Shown piece by piece: positions 53,701 through 62,930 of a DNA stretch of 64,000 nucleotides (its first letter is position 1; each line of letters starts with the position of its first letter). Below the pieces are notes generated by a model. It had not been told where the DNA came from, searched no databases, and saw only the letters and a program-made list of their open reading frames with translations. The translations under genes and the position numbers were made by a program. Origin of the DNA: a virus; IMG/VR virus record IMGVR_UViG_3300037222_000116, positions 23,903 to 87,902 of that record; one strand, written 5' to 3'.

Positions 53701-56700
53701 TTACGGCCCGGTTCCGATCATGCGAAAGTACGGCTGACGGAAGACGTTAGCCGCGCCTGTTTGGTTGATGTCGCTGATGTGCATTGAGTTAGCGAAAGCG
53801 CCTGTGCCTGTGCTGTAGAGGCCATTCCCGAAGAATCCGGTGTGATCACCACCACCCGGAATCGCGCCAACAGCGATACCGCTTTGTCCAAAGATCGACA
53901 CGCTCGCGGTTGAACCCGCGACGCCTGCTACGCTGTGAATGAATCCAATTAGATAATCGCCGGGCGTGAAGCTCCACGTTCCGAGCGCGATGCTGCGCCA
54001 CCGCGTGCCGCTCTGTCCGCTGTATGATCCGGTGTTGCTAATTGCACCCCCCGAGTTCCACGCCAACGCCGCCGACGTAGAAGAGACGGTAGACGCCGAG
54101 CTACCAGCGAACGTATAGATCGCAATGCTCATCGTTGTAGAGCCTTGCGTAGCGGCTGCAATGGTCAGGTTGCCAAGATATTCAAGAACCGTTGGTGATA
54201 TGTTTGCTGGTATATGAAAGCGCTGAAAACTCACGTTTGCAGATGTGCTGACAGACGCTGCGCCATTGGCGATCAAGGCCATCGGGAAGTCGTTTTCCCA
54301 ATAGCTCAAAGCGAGTAACTGCGCAGTCATTTGCGAAGAGCCGCTCAAGCCAAATGAGATCCCGTTGCTATTGACGAAGGCAATGGTTCCTGACGTCCCG
54401 GTTTGCCCACCAGCAGCGACAGCGACACCCGCGGGAACGGTATAGCTCGCAGTAATTTGTGAACTGCCGCTCATACCGAAAGTGATGCCGTTGCTATTGG
54501 CGAAAACAACTGTCCCTGTTGCAGCCGTCTGCGATCCTGCGGCTACGTCAACAACGCCAGCGACAGAGCCGGTAATCGTCCCGCCACCGGCCCCCGTTGC
54601 CATTCCAAAGCTGATGTTGTTGAGATTCGAGAACGAAACGTCGCCGGTTGTTGCGGTCCCACCGCTCGCAGCAATCGACTGGATGCCGGGCTGTACTGTC
54701 TGCGTCGGAACTGTATAGCTCGCTGTAATGCCAGTCGAGCCGCTCATTCCGAACGAAATGCCATTGCTGTTAACGAAGGCGACAGTTCCGCTCGCTGCGG
54801 TCTGTGAGCCTGCGACGATGTCAAGCACGCCAACAGCAGGCACCGTGTAGGAAGCTGTAACTGTCCCGCCTCCAGCTCCGGTAGCCATCCCGAATGTCAC
54901 GCCATTGGAGTTGGCGAAACTGACGTCTCCTGTTGTTGCTGTACCACCGCTCGCGGCGACAGATTGAATTCCCGGTTGAACAGTCTGGGTAGGAACGGTG
55001 TAGCTGGCGGTGATTCCGGTCGAACCAGACATCCCGAAACTGATTCCGTTCGAGTTGACCAGCGCGATCGTCCCGCTCGTTCCAGTCTGCGATCCAGCAG
55101 CAAACCCTCCCGGTGCTACGCTCTGCGCGGCGATGCTGGCGGTGATGGTCGAACCGCTCAACCCGAACGTCACACCATTCGAGTTGGCGAACTGAACAGT
55201 GCCGTTGGTGACGACAGATGTCCCACTTCCCTGCAACGCTGCTGGAGCTGTCGACTGTGAATAGCTTGCGGTAATGCCGGTCGACCCGGACATTCCGAAC
55301 GTGACACCATTCGAGTTGACAAAGGCAACTGTGCCGCTGGCGGCGGTCTGTGATCCGGCAGCAATGTCCAGCACGCCAACAGCAGGGACGCTATAACTGG
55401 CAGTAACCGTTCCGCCGCCAGCTCCAGTCGCCATTCCAAATGTGACGCCGTTGCTATTGGCAAACGAAACATCGCCTGTCGTAGCGGTGCCTCCCGAAGC
55501 AGCAATCGACTGAATGCCGGGCTGGACTGTTTGAGTTGGGACTGTGTAGCTCGCAGTGATCTGCGTGCTACCGCTCATCCCAAACGTGATCCCATTGCTG
55601 TTAACGAAGGCAATCGTGCCGCTCGTACCTGTCTGCGAACCTGCGGCAATGGCTCCCGGTGCAACGCTTTGCGCAGCAATCGAAGCTGTAACTGTTCCGC
55701 CGCCGACGCCCGTTGCCATTCCAAATGTGACACCATTGGAATTCGCAAAGCTGACATCACCAGTCGTAGCAGTCCCGCCAGAAGCAGCGATTGATTGGAT
55801 GCCCGGTTGAACGCTCTGCGTCGGCACGGTGTACGACGCGGTGATCGCGGTCGACCCACTCATCCCGAACGAGATGCCGTTCGAGTTGACGAACGCGATG
55901 GTTCCCGAGCTGCCGGTTTGCGATCCAGCAGCGATTGCAGCAGGACCAGTGCTCTGCGAGTACGATGCTGACGCCGTCAGCGTAGAGCCATTGATACCAA
56001 AGCTGACATTGTTGCTGTTGCTGAAGACCAGTGACGACGCAGAGACGCTTGCGGTGATGGCGGTCGAGCCGCTCATTCCAAAGGTCACACCATTGGAATT
56101 GACGAAAGCGATTGTCCCAGATGTCGCTGTTTGAGAGCCTGCGGCGATAGCCCCCGGTGCTGTACTCTGCGCTGCAATCGACGCCGTCAGCGTTGATCCC
56201 GCAATCCCAAAACTGACGTTGTTGCTGTTCGAGAACACCAACGACGACGCGGAGACACTTGCCGTGATGGCAGTGCTCCCAGACATCCCGAACGTCACGC
56301 CATTGCTGTTGACGAAGGCGACAGTTCCACTGGTCGCTGTTTGCGTTCCAGCAGCGATTGCCCCCGGTGCTGTGCTTCCTGCTGCAACACTCGCGGTCAT
56401 CGTCTGCCCGGCGAGGCCGAAGCTCACACCATTGCTGTTGCTGAAGACAACCGTGCCGCTTGTGTCGGTTACGCCACCTGCGGCAATGCCTCCAAGATTG
56501 CCGGTGGCTGTCGCACCAGCAGCGATACTCGCCGTGATTTGCGAAGACCCCGACATCCCGAACGTGACGCCATTCGAGCCTACAAAGACGATCGTACCGC
56601 TGTTGCCAGTTTGTGACCCTGCGGCAATTCCAATATCGACGTCGGCGGGATTGATGGATGCCGTGATGGTCTGCCCGGCGATACCGAAACTGACACCGCC

Positions 56701-57342
56701 ACCGTTGGCAAACGAGATCCCTGAGCCGCCTGCGTTGCCGCCACCAGCACTGACCTCCCGAATGGCGTCCATCGACGCGGTGATCTGCGAGCTGCCAGAC
56801 ATACCGAACGCGAAGCCGTTAGAATCAGCAAAGACAAACGTCCCGGTCGAGCCGCTTTGTGTTCCAGCACTCAGCGCCGGGACAGGCTGCACGCTCTGCG
56901 CAGGGAACGACGCCGACGCTGTGATGGTGCTGCCAGCGATGCCGAAGCTGACGTTGTTAGCATTGGAGAACGATACTGTGTTGTTCGTAACTGGAGGCCC
57001 CGGTGCGGCGTTGACGCCACCAAGGTTGCCTGTCCCGCCACCGCCACCACCGCCGCCACCCTGCCAATAAAGAGTCTGGTTGTCGTTGGTGAGTTTCTGG
57101 ATCGAATGCTCCAGCTCACAAAAGAAGTTCGCGAACTGCGGCGCAGCATCCGGGTTGTGAACCGTGATGTTGATGTTGTCGACGGCGAGGACTTGCAGCG
57201 GCGTCGCGCGATCGGGCTGAACAATGTTTGGAACAGCGCCTTTGTTGTCGACGATGATGCCGTGCGGGAGGACAACCGTCCCACCGGGCGGCACAGGGCC
57301 GACCGGGACGGTTCGCGTAATAGCCGTCCGCGGAGCCTGCAT
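53701..57342 (-). CDS. repeat-rich fibre/spike protein
   Basis: More than 20 imperfect AAGSQTxxSGTxxFxNSNGxxFGxxGxxxITAS repeats; distinct N- and C-terminal domains. Confidence 0.8.
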   Translation of the reverse strand: MQAPRTAITRTVPVGPVPPGGTVVLPHGIIVDNKGAVPNIVQPDRATPLQVLAVDNINITVHNPDAAPQFANFFCELEHSIQKLTNDNQTLYWQGGGGGGGGGTGNLGGVNAAPGPPVTNNTVSFSNANNVSFGIAGSTITASASFPAQSVQPVPALSAGTQSGSTGTFVFADSNGFAFGMSGSSQITASMDAIREVSAGGGNAGGSGISFANGGGVSFGIAGQTITASINPADVDIGIAAGSQTGNSGTIVFVGSNGVTFGMSGSSQITASIAAGATATGNLGGIAAGGVTDTSGTVVFSNSNGVSFGLAGQTMTASVAAGSTAPGAIAAGTQTATSGTVAFVNSNGVTFGMSGSTAITASVSASSLVFSNSNNVSFGIAGSTLTASIAAQSTAPGAIAAGSQTATSGTIAFVNSNGVTFGMSGSTAITASVSASSLVFSNSNNVSFGINGSTLTASASYSQSTGPAAIAAGSQTGSSGTIAFVNSNGISFGMSGSTAITASYTVPTQSVQPGIQSIAASGGTATTGDVSFANSNGVTFGMATGVGGGTVTASIAAQSVAPGAIAAGSQTGTSGTIAFVNSNGITFGMSGSTQITASYTVPTQTVQPGIQSIAASGGTATTGDVSFANSNGVTFGMATGAGGGTVTASYSVPAVGVLDIAAGSQTAASGTVAFVNSNGVTFGMSGSTGITASYSQSTAPAALQGSGTSVVTNGTVQFANSNGVTFGLSGSTITASIAAQSVAPGGFAAGSQTGTSGTIALVNSNGISFGMSGSTGITASYTVPTQTVQPGIQSVAASGGTATTGDVSFANSNGVTFGMATGAGGGTVTASYTVPAVGVLDIVAGSQTAASGTVAFVNSNGISFGMSGSTGITASYTVPTQTVQPGIQSIAASGGTATTGDVSFSNLNNISFGMATGAGGGTITGSVAGVVDVAAGSQTAATGTVVFANSNGITFGMSGSSQITASYTVPAGVAVAAGGQTGTSGTIAFVNSNGISFGLSGSSQMTAQLLALSYWENDFPMALIANGAASVSTSANVSFQRFHIPANISPTVLEYLGNLTIAAATQGSTTMSIAIYTFAGSSASTVSSTSAALAWNSGGAISNTGSYSGQSGTRWRSIALGTWSFTPGDYLIGFIHSVAGVAGSTASVSIFGQSGIAVGAIPGGGDHTGFFGNGLYSTGTGAFANSMHISDINQTGAANVFRQPYFRMIGTGP

Positions 57343-57351
57343 GGCTGAAGC

Positions 57352-58290
57352 TTACCCTCGAACGACGAACAGCTTGCGCGACAACGGCGGCGCGACCGGA
57401 CGATCAACCACTGCGGCGCTTGGTGCTTCAGCGAGCATCCCGTAGCTCTTCGCCATGGCGAGACGCTCGGTGAGCGAGGCGATCTGAGAAGCAACATGAG
57501 CGACGCTCACGAACGGAGCTTGAACGCCGAGCGCCCCGCTCTTGATAGCGTGATTCAGCCGCGTCAAGTGCTCAGCACCAAGTGGCTCATGCGGCGCAAT
57601 GCCAAGCAGCGTCGAGAAGAGGCGGGTTGCTGTGCTGTTACTGGCAGGTGACGCCACGTACTCACGACGCTCTCGCTTCGCCTTGGGTACACGCGGCGGT
57701 CGCGCAGGACGCACTGCGACGGCGTGGTGCCGAGGTTGGGTAACGGACGTTGCGGTCACGACCTCCAACAACGCGGGAGGCAGCCGTGCGGCTCGCGCGC
57801 GGGGAGCAACGCGATCCCGAATCGGTTTCGGGGCTTGATGTACCTTCGCTACACGCACCACTGGTTTTGCTGCCGTGCGAACTTTGGCAGGCCGTGGGGC
57901 AATCGCTGTACGAACCGGAGGTGTCTTCGCCTTGTGCGTGCGCGGCGCGACGACCGCAACGGGCCGCGCCTGTAGAGCGCGCGCAGGGCGCGCAGGGCGC
58001 TGCGTGATCGGCGTCGAGACGACAGGCCGCGGCGGGCGCGACGGGCGAACGCGTTGAGCGACGATGACAGGAGGCGCGGCTGTCGCGCGCGCCGGGCGAA
58101 CACGAGCTGGACGAACATGCACGACAGGCGGGAGCAGTTGCCCGATGCTGTGCCTTCCGAGCTTTCGCACCACGCGTGCTCGCTTCAACAGGCGCTTGGT
58201 CAAACGCACTCGTCGACGACGAGCACAGCGTTCGGCGCGAACGAGCCTCGCGCGACGGCCTGTGTGCTTGCCGTGTGTGCTTCTACGCAT
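57352..58290 (-). CDS. very basic Arg/Pro/Ala-rich protein (possible DNA-condensing core protein)
   Basis: RPAR repeats, very few acidic residues; collinear with the flanking genes. Confidence 0.55.
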   Translation of the reverse strand: MRRSTHGKHTGRRARLVRAERCARRRRVRLTKRLLKRARVVRKLGRHSIGQLLPPVVHVRPARVRPARATAAPPVIVAQRVRPSRPPRPVVSTPITQRPARPARALQARPVAVVAPRTHKAKTPPVRTAIAPRPAKVRTAAKPVVRVAKVHQAPKPIRDRVAPRARAARLPPALLEVVTATSVTQPRHHAVAVRPARPPRVPKAKRERREYVASPASNSTATRLFSTLLGIAPHEPLGAEHLTRLNHAIKSGALGVQAPFVSVAHVASQIASLTERLAMAKSYGMLAEAPSAAVVDRPVAPPLSRKLFVVRG

Positions 58291-58348
58291 GAGCGGAGTG
58301 TAGACCGAGACGGAGATAGAGGGAAGCGGATGCTACCAGACGAAAATT

Positions 58349-59374
58349 CTACAACTGGTAGCCGAGCGCGAGCAGCTCGCGGATGACGTCAACCGCCTTC
58401 GCCGACGAAGGGCGTGTGATACGACTGAACCGCAGACCGCGGCGCGCTGCTCGCCCCATGAGCAGCTTTCGCGCCCTACGACGCGAGGTGTTCGGGCTCG
58501 ACGCCGACGACGGAACGCCGACAGCGTCCTTTTGCACCATCGCCCACTTCTGGCCGTCCCAATACTGGCCGTAGCCACCGGGGCGAATCTCGAACGGCTC
58601 CTTGCAGAGTCCGAGGTAGTCGTACTTCGCTCCCGCAGGGAGCCCACCATCGAGAGGCGACCAGTAGAGCGGTAGGGTGAAGTTGCTCACCTGCACGCCG
58701 TCGATCGTGTAGCTATCGTCCTCGACAGCGTCGCAGACCTCTGCCGCCCAGATTTTGCCGGTGGCGGGATCTTGCACACAGGAATTCAATTCGGGATCAC
58801 CTTCGGCTTCGAGGATCTCGTGCGACGTACTCGACGACGGATCGACGCCGTCCTGAAGATCAAGCGCCGGGAAGACCTTGATGACCAGCTTGCCGGTCGC
58901 CGTCCGATCGTGGTAGGCGAGCGCGCCTTCCTGATCGACTTTGTCGGTGTAGAGCACGACGTTCTCGTCGGGTTGCGCGGGCAACTCTGCCGTCGCTGCG
59001 CGAACGTTCGCGCCCATGGCGTAGCCGTTCGGCGCAGGCTGCGCGAAGTGCTCGTTCACCTGCTTGGACATCGCGGCGGCGATCTCCACGCAGCGCGTCG
59101 GCGTGACCGAGGGACTCTCCGTCACGAGCACGTACTTGTTGCCGATCGCCACCTGATCGTAGGTCGCGTTGACAGACACCGGGGGCTGACCAACGGGCTG
59201 TGTCACAGGGACTCCTTTGGGGCGAGGGGCAGGGTGATGCCGTGAAGCCGCCGTCGCGGCGAGTGCATCCTGCTTGTCGACGGGCAGCGTGCCGTGAGAC
59301 GACAAGTGGCGCTTGCCGGTGTGCAGGACACGCATCTTGTTGGCGTGGTGTCGCGACGGACGCTTCGGGGGCAT
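58349..59374 (-). CDS. zincin-type metallopeptidase with basic N- and C-terminal extensions
   Basis: ALAYH...SHEILE...DP...EVCDAVE...VSNF; tail RRRARKLLMGRAARR. Confidence 0.7.
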   Translation of the reverse strand: MPPKRPSRHHANKMRVLHTGKRHLSSHGTLPVDKQDALAATAASRHHPAPRPKGVPVTQPVGQPPVSVNATYDQVAIGNKYVLVTESPSVTPTRCVEIAAAMSKQVNEHFAQPAPNGYAMGANVRAATAELPAQPDENVVLYTDKVDQEGALAYHDRTATGKLVIKVFPALDLQDGVDPSSSTSHEILEAEGDPELNSCVQDPATGKIWAAEVCDAVEDDSYTIDGVQVSNFTLPLYWSPLDGGLPAGAKYDYLGLCKEPFEIRPGGYGQYWDGQKWAMVQKDAVGVPSSASSPNTSRRRARKLLMGRAARRGLRFSRITRPSSAKAVDVIRELLALGYQL

Positions 59375-59400
59375 GAAGAGTCTTGTATCACAACTGCCGC

Positions 59401-59418
59401 TGTGGCATTACTGCCACA
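59401..59418. promoter_or_regulatory. palindromic operator TGTGGCA-TTAC-TGCCACA
   Basis: Perfect arms; between divergent genes, touching ATG 59418. Confidence 0.65.
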
Positions 59419-59747
59419 TGAGTAACGAGCTACCAACCGAGGATGAGCTGCACGCAATCGAGACGCGACTCACAGCGGCTCTTTCAGCGGGCGGCTACGA
59501 GGATGTGACCATCACCGACCTGCCCCGCCTCCTCGCGCTCGTCCGCGCGCAGGCGGCGACCATCGCGGAGAGGGACGCGCGGCTGGCGATGGCGACGATG
59601 TTCCGCGTCGGCGACAACACCGTGACCCTTGCGTCCTTTGGCGATGTGTGGATTCTCACGGAGGATGGGCTGCTCGACTCCCGCTTCCCCACCGCTGACG
59701 CCGCGTTCGCTGCCCTCGACGCCGCGCGAGCGAAGGAGCCCAAGTGA
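59418..59747 (+). CDS. hypothetical phage protein
   Basis: LHAIETR...DLPRLLALVR pattern. Confidence 0.6.
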   Translation: MSNELPTEDELHAIETRLTAALSAGGYEDVTITDLPRLLALVRAQAATIAERDARLAMATMFRVGDNTVTLASFGDVWILTEDGLLDSRFPTADAAFAALDAARAKEPK

Positions 59748-60634
59748 GCCACGCTGTATCCGCCCCGTTGCCGCAAGTGTTCCTCGCCAGCGTTCCGTGG
59801 CGTGTCAATCAGCTTCACAACCTGATCGACGACCTTGCCAAGCAGACGGTCGAGCACAGCATCTTTCTGATCCTCGACGGTTGGATCGACAAAGAAGATG
59901 CGGAGTGGCTTCACAAAGATGCATCCGGCGACGTGGCTGAATGGATCAACTGGAAGCACGCCAAAGGCAATCATCGTCAACTGCATGTTCATTCAGAAGC
60001 CCAAGGCGTCGTCGCGCGCTGGCGCAAGATGGATCTTCAATTCAGCTTCTACGATGACAACCCACTTGTCGTTCTCGACGACGACATGCGTGTTCCGCCT
60101 TCCTACCTCGCCGACGTCCTCAAGTTGCTCAAAGAGCACAGGGCAATCGCATGGGGAGGAATGACGATTAACGGCGCGGCCCCGGCTCGCTTCCCATCGG
60201 GAACGCTACTCGATGACCACCGACATTCACCAGCGACGGCTCTCATACTTCCCAATGCTCCCGGCTTGGCTGTACGTCACAAGAGCTACCTGAATGGCAT
60301 CACCAAGCTGCCTTACTTCAACGACATTGCTGACCGCATGCGCTGCGACGATGAACCGCTGATCGCCGCTGCGCTTTGGCGTGCGGGCGTCATTGCTCAC
60401 GCATACACAGACCTCGGGCTATGTCTCGATGAAAGCGCTGCGTTCGACGAGCGATCGGTACAAAAAGCAACCCAGCGTCCGCGCTACGCTGAGTCTATGC
60501 ACCTGCGTATGCGCCTTGCTGAAGCAACCGGCTGGCCTTGGCCGTTCGACAGCCACGGCAAGGTCCGTGAGCCCTACAGGAAGCCGCCGACGCATCCACC
60601 ACGCCCCAAGCTCAACCGCAAGCTGCTCAAATAA
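59744..60634 (+). CDS. GT-A glycosyltransferase
   Basis: VLDDDM; resembles the middle domain of 24777-27230. Confidence 0.7.
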   Translation: MSHAVSAPLPQVFLASVPWRVNQLHNLIDDLAKQTVEHSIFLILDGWIDKEDAEWLHKDASGDVAEWINWKHAKGNHRQLHVHSEAQGVVARWRKMDLQFSFYDDNPLVVLDDDMRVPPSYLADVLKLLKEHRAIAWGGMTINGAAPARFPSGTLLDDHRHSPATALILPNAPGLAVRHKSYLNGITKLPYFNDIADRMRCDDEPLIAAALWRAGVIAHAYTDLGLCLDESAAFDERSVQKATQRPRYAESMHLRMRLAEATGWPWPFDSHGKVREPYRKPPTHPPRPKLNRKLLK

Positions 60635-60635
60635 C

Positions 60636-60667
60636 AAAACGGCGGTCCCCTTTCGGGAACCGCCGTG
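60636..60667. terminator. intrinsic terminator hairpin
   Basis: ACGGCGGTCCCC-TTTC-GGGAACCGCCGT between convergent genes; U-tract on the minus strand. Confidence 0.7.
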
Positions 60668-60696
60668 GGTACATCGCCTAATGCCCTTCAACCCGA

Positions 60697-61740
60697 CTAC
60701 GGGTTGTACGGCTGGTCGTCGTCGCGCGACTGCGATTCGAGCTGATCCTTGCCGCTCGTGGCGTCGGTCTGCGAGAGGAGCTGGATCGACGAGTTGGGCG
60801 CGAACGGGAACGGCCCGACGATCCAACGGTATTGCACGGAATACCAGCAGACGTCGGGCGCGGTCGTGTTCGCCGGGATCGTGATGCCGCACGTCAGCTC
60901 GATCACGTCGCCGATCGCGACGGTGTCGGGGATCTCGATGATGGTGTCGATGCGGCAGACGCCGTTCTCGTTCGGATCGTCGGACGTGCCATCGAAGATC
61001 GGCGCGTCCGGGTTCTGCGAGTCGGCGACGAGCGGGTTGCTCGGGATCTCCATGTCACCGAACGCGGTGTCCTCGCTCGGATCGTAGGTATGCCCTGCGA
61101 GGGTGCCACCAAGCGTCGAGCCGTTGAGCACGGTGTCCCCCGCCACGGGCGAGTCCTGATGCGCGTCGACTTCGTCGCCGACGCCGCTCGCCGTGTCGGG
61201 GCATCCGCCGTAGCCGCGGAACTTGGCGCTGGCGAAGAAGCTGCCCAGCGCGGGACCGTCGACGAAGTCGGCGGCGCGCGAGATGATGATGTTGCGGATC
61301 TGGAGAGCCACGCGACGCCCACCCGTACCTCCCTCGGTCGTGGGATCGGGATAGCCATCACCAAGCGTGCCGCTCCAATCGGAGAAGCGCCCCGGCTGCT
61401 TGCAGACGACGTAGTCGGGGATGGCGATGCTGCCGAACCACTGCGCGCTCTTGGCGACCGCGCGAGTCCATGCAGGCTTGGGCATCGCGCCGCCGCTGTA
61501 GTCGGCGGTGAGCTGATCGGCGAGGCAGTCGAGCGGATCGGTCGCGCCGTCGATCGTGTGCCCGGTGATGGTGTCATAGCCGTCACAGGTGCCTGCGGTG
61601 ACACCCGTCGGCCCTCCTGCTGCGCCCGCGCACATGAGCGGACCCATGACATCGACGCCAAACGCGAGCTTGCGCCAGAGCAGGGAGTGAAGCTGAAGCG
61701 ACTGCCAGTCGCTCCACGGTGAAGCAACGTCACGAGCCAT
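60697..61740 (-). CDS. acidic Gly/Asp-rich putative structural protein
   Basis: Long ORF with strong codon bias; GAGG RBS. Confidence 0.65.
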   Translation of the reverse strand: MARDVASPWSDWQSLQLHSLLWRKLAFGVDVMGPLMCAGAAGGPTGVTAGTCDGYDTITGHTIDGATDPLDCLADQLTADYSGGAMPKPAWTRAVAKSAQWFGSIAIPDYVVCKQPGRFSDWSGTLGDGYPDPTTEGGTGGRRVALQIRNIIISRAADFVDGPALGSFFASAKFRGYGGCPDTASGVGDEVDAHQDSPVAGDTVLNGSTLGGTLAGHTYDPSEDTAFGDMEIPSNPLVADSQNPDAPIFDGTSDDPNENGVCRIDTIIEIPDTVAIGDVIELTCGITIPANTTAPDVCWYSVQYRWIVGPFPFAPNSSIQLLSQTDATSGKDQLESQSRDDDQPYNP

Positions 61741-61818
61741 GGTGTGCCTCCTCGAAGGTTCAGTTGGTGGACTTCAAGCCTACGCCGAAACGGATTCCTC
61801 TTGCAAGGCGAGGCGAGT

Positions 61819-61836
61819 TGTGGCAAAAGTGCAACA
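61819..61836. promoter_or_regulatory. palindromic operator TGTGGCA-AAAG-TGCAACA
   Basis: Family match in a divergent intergenic region. Confidence 0.6.
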
Positions 61837-61875
61837 ACACCGATAAGGCTGATTATCATGGCAGCGACGAGGAGA

Positions 61876-62169
61876 ATGAACATGAAAATGCCAACGGAAA
61901 CGACGTATCCTGATGAAGCCTGCTTCTTTGAAGTGATCGCGCTGTCCGAGGAGCATGTCGGTGGCGGTGTCGAGATCGGCGATCACGTCGAAGGTGCCGG
62001 CCCTTGCTGTCTCGGTACAGACGGCGAGTGGAAGCATGGAATCGTCACCATCAACAACCCCGGAGGATTGGCCGAAGAGGACGAGTATTGGGCAATCGGG
62101 CATCTGCGTCCGCTGACATCCGAAGCGCACGCGATGTATGATCGCATCCTCGCGGGACGGAGCCTTTAA
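61876..62169 (+). CDS. hypothetical protein
   Basis: GAGGAG RBS. Confidence 0.55.
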   Translation: MNMKMPTETTYPDEACFFEVIALSEEHVGGGVEIGDHVEGAGPCCLGTDGEWKHGIVTINNPGGLAEEDEYWAIGHLRPLTSEAHAMYDRILAGRSL

Positions 62170-62543
62170 TGCGCCTCGTCCACGAAGTCCACTACTCAAC
62201 ACAGGTCAGCGTGCAGACGCGCGGTCCCTACGGGAAGTCGCGCGGCAATGAGAACAAGCCGCACGCCGGGTTCCCGATCGAAGTGATGATCACGGTCTGC
62301 AATCCTCCCGGCCTCGCACTGTTCCGCGATGACGTGCCGATTGAGATCGAGGGCGATGCGGCGATGATCCTCGACGCCTGCTATCAGATCATCGAAGGCA
62401 TCATCTGCAACGAAGCTGTGCTCAACGAGCAGGGGCAGACGCTCGCTCCGAAGTGGAAGGACGCCGCAAAGAAGGCGCAGGCCGAGTGGCAGCGTGCGGT
62501 CAAGGCCGAGCGCAAGAAGCGCGAAAAGGGTTCGCGGAAGTAA
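62169..62543 (+). CDS. hypothetical protein
   Basis: TAATG overlap. Confidence 0.6.
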   Translation: MRLVHEVHYSTQVSVQTRGPYGKSRGNENKPHAGFPIEVMITVCNPPGLALFRDDVPIEIEGDAAMILDACYQIIEGIICNEAVLNEQGQTLAPKWKDAAKKAQAEWQRAVKAERKKREKGSRK

Positions 62544-62617
62544 GCGTGTATGAATAATCGGTCATACGTGACGCGCGTATTCACGATTTTAGTAAACAGG
62601 GGGAGAACTGTGAACAC

Positions 62618-62899
62618 ATGACCCTAGAAAGCTGCGTTCGTTCCGAAGGATGCCAGATGACGAGCGAGGAGCGGCGTGCGTGGGAGAAGGAACAACGCGA
62701 GCGGTCGCTCGAAGTCGATGCGCGGGCGATCCTCGAATACCGAGGCTGGAAAGAGACTGCCGACGGTCGATGGACGCACCGCGAGAAGAACCCTCCTGTG
62801 GAGCCTCCCGAGAAGGGCAAAGGACCGTTCAGTCTGAGAACGGCGTTCTGGCTTGAGGTTGATCCGAGCAGGCTAACCGAGCTACTCCGAGAAGGCTGA
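62618..62899 (+). CDS. hypothetical protein
   Basis: GGGGAG upstream. Confidence 0.5.
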   Translation: MTLESCVRSEGCQMTSEERRAWEKEQRERSLEVDARAILEYRGWKETADGRWTHREKNPPVEPPEKGKGPFSLRTAFWLEVDPSRLTELLREG

Positions 62900-62930
62900 T
62901 TGACATGAGCACCGTCGAGGACGCACGCTG

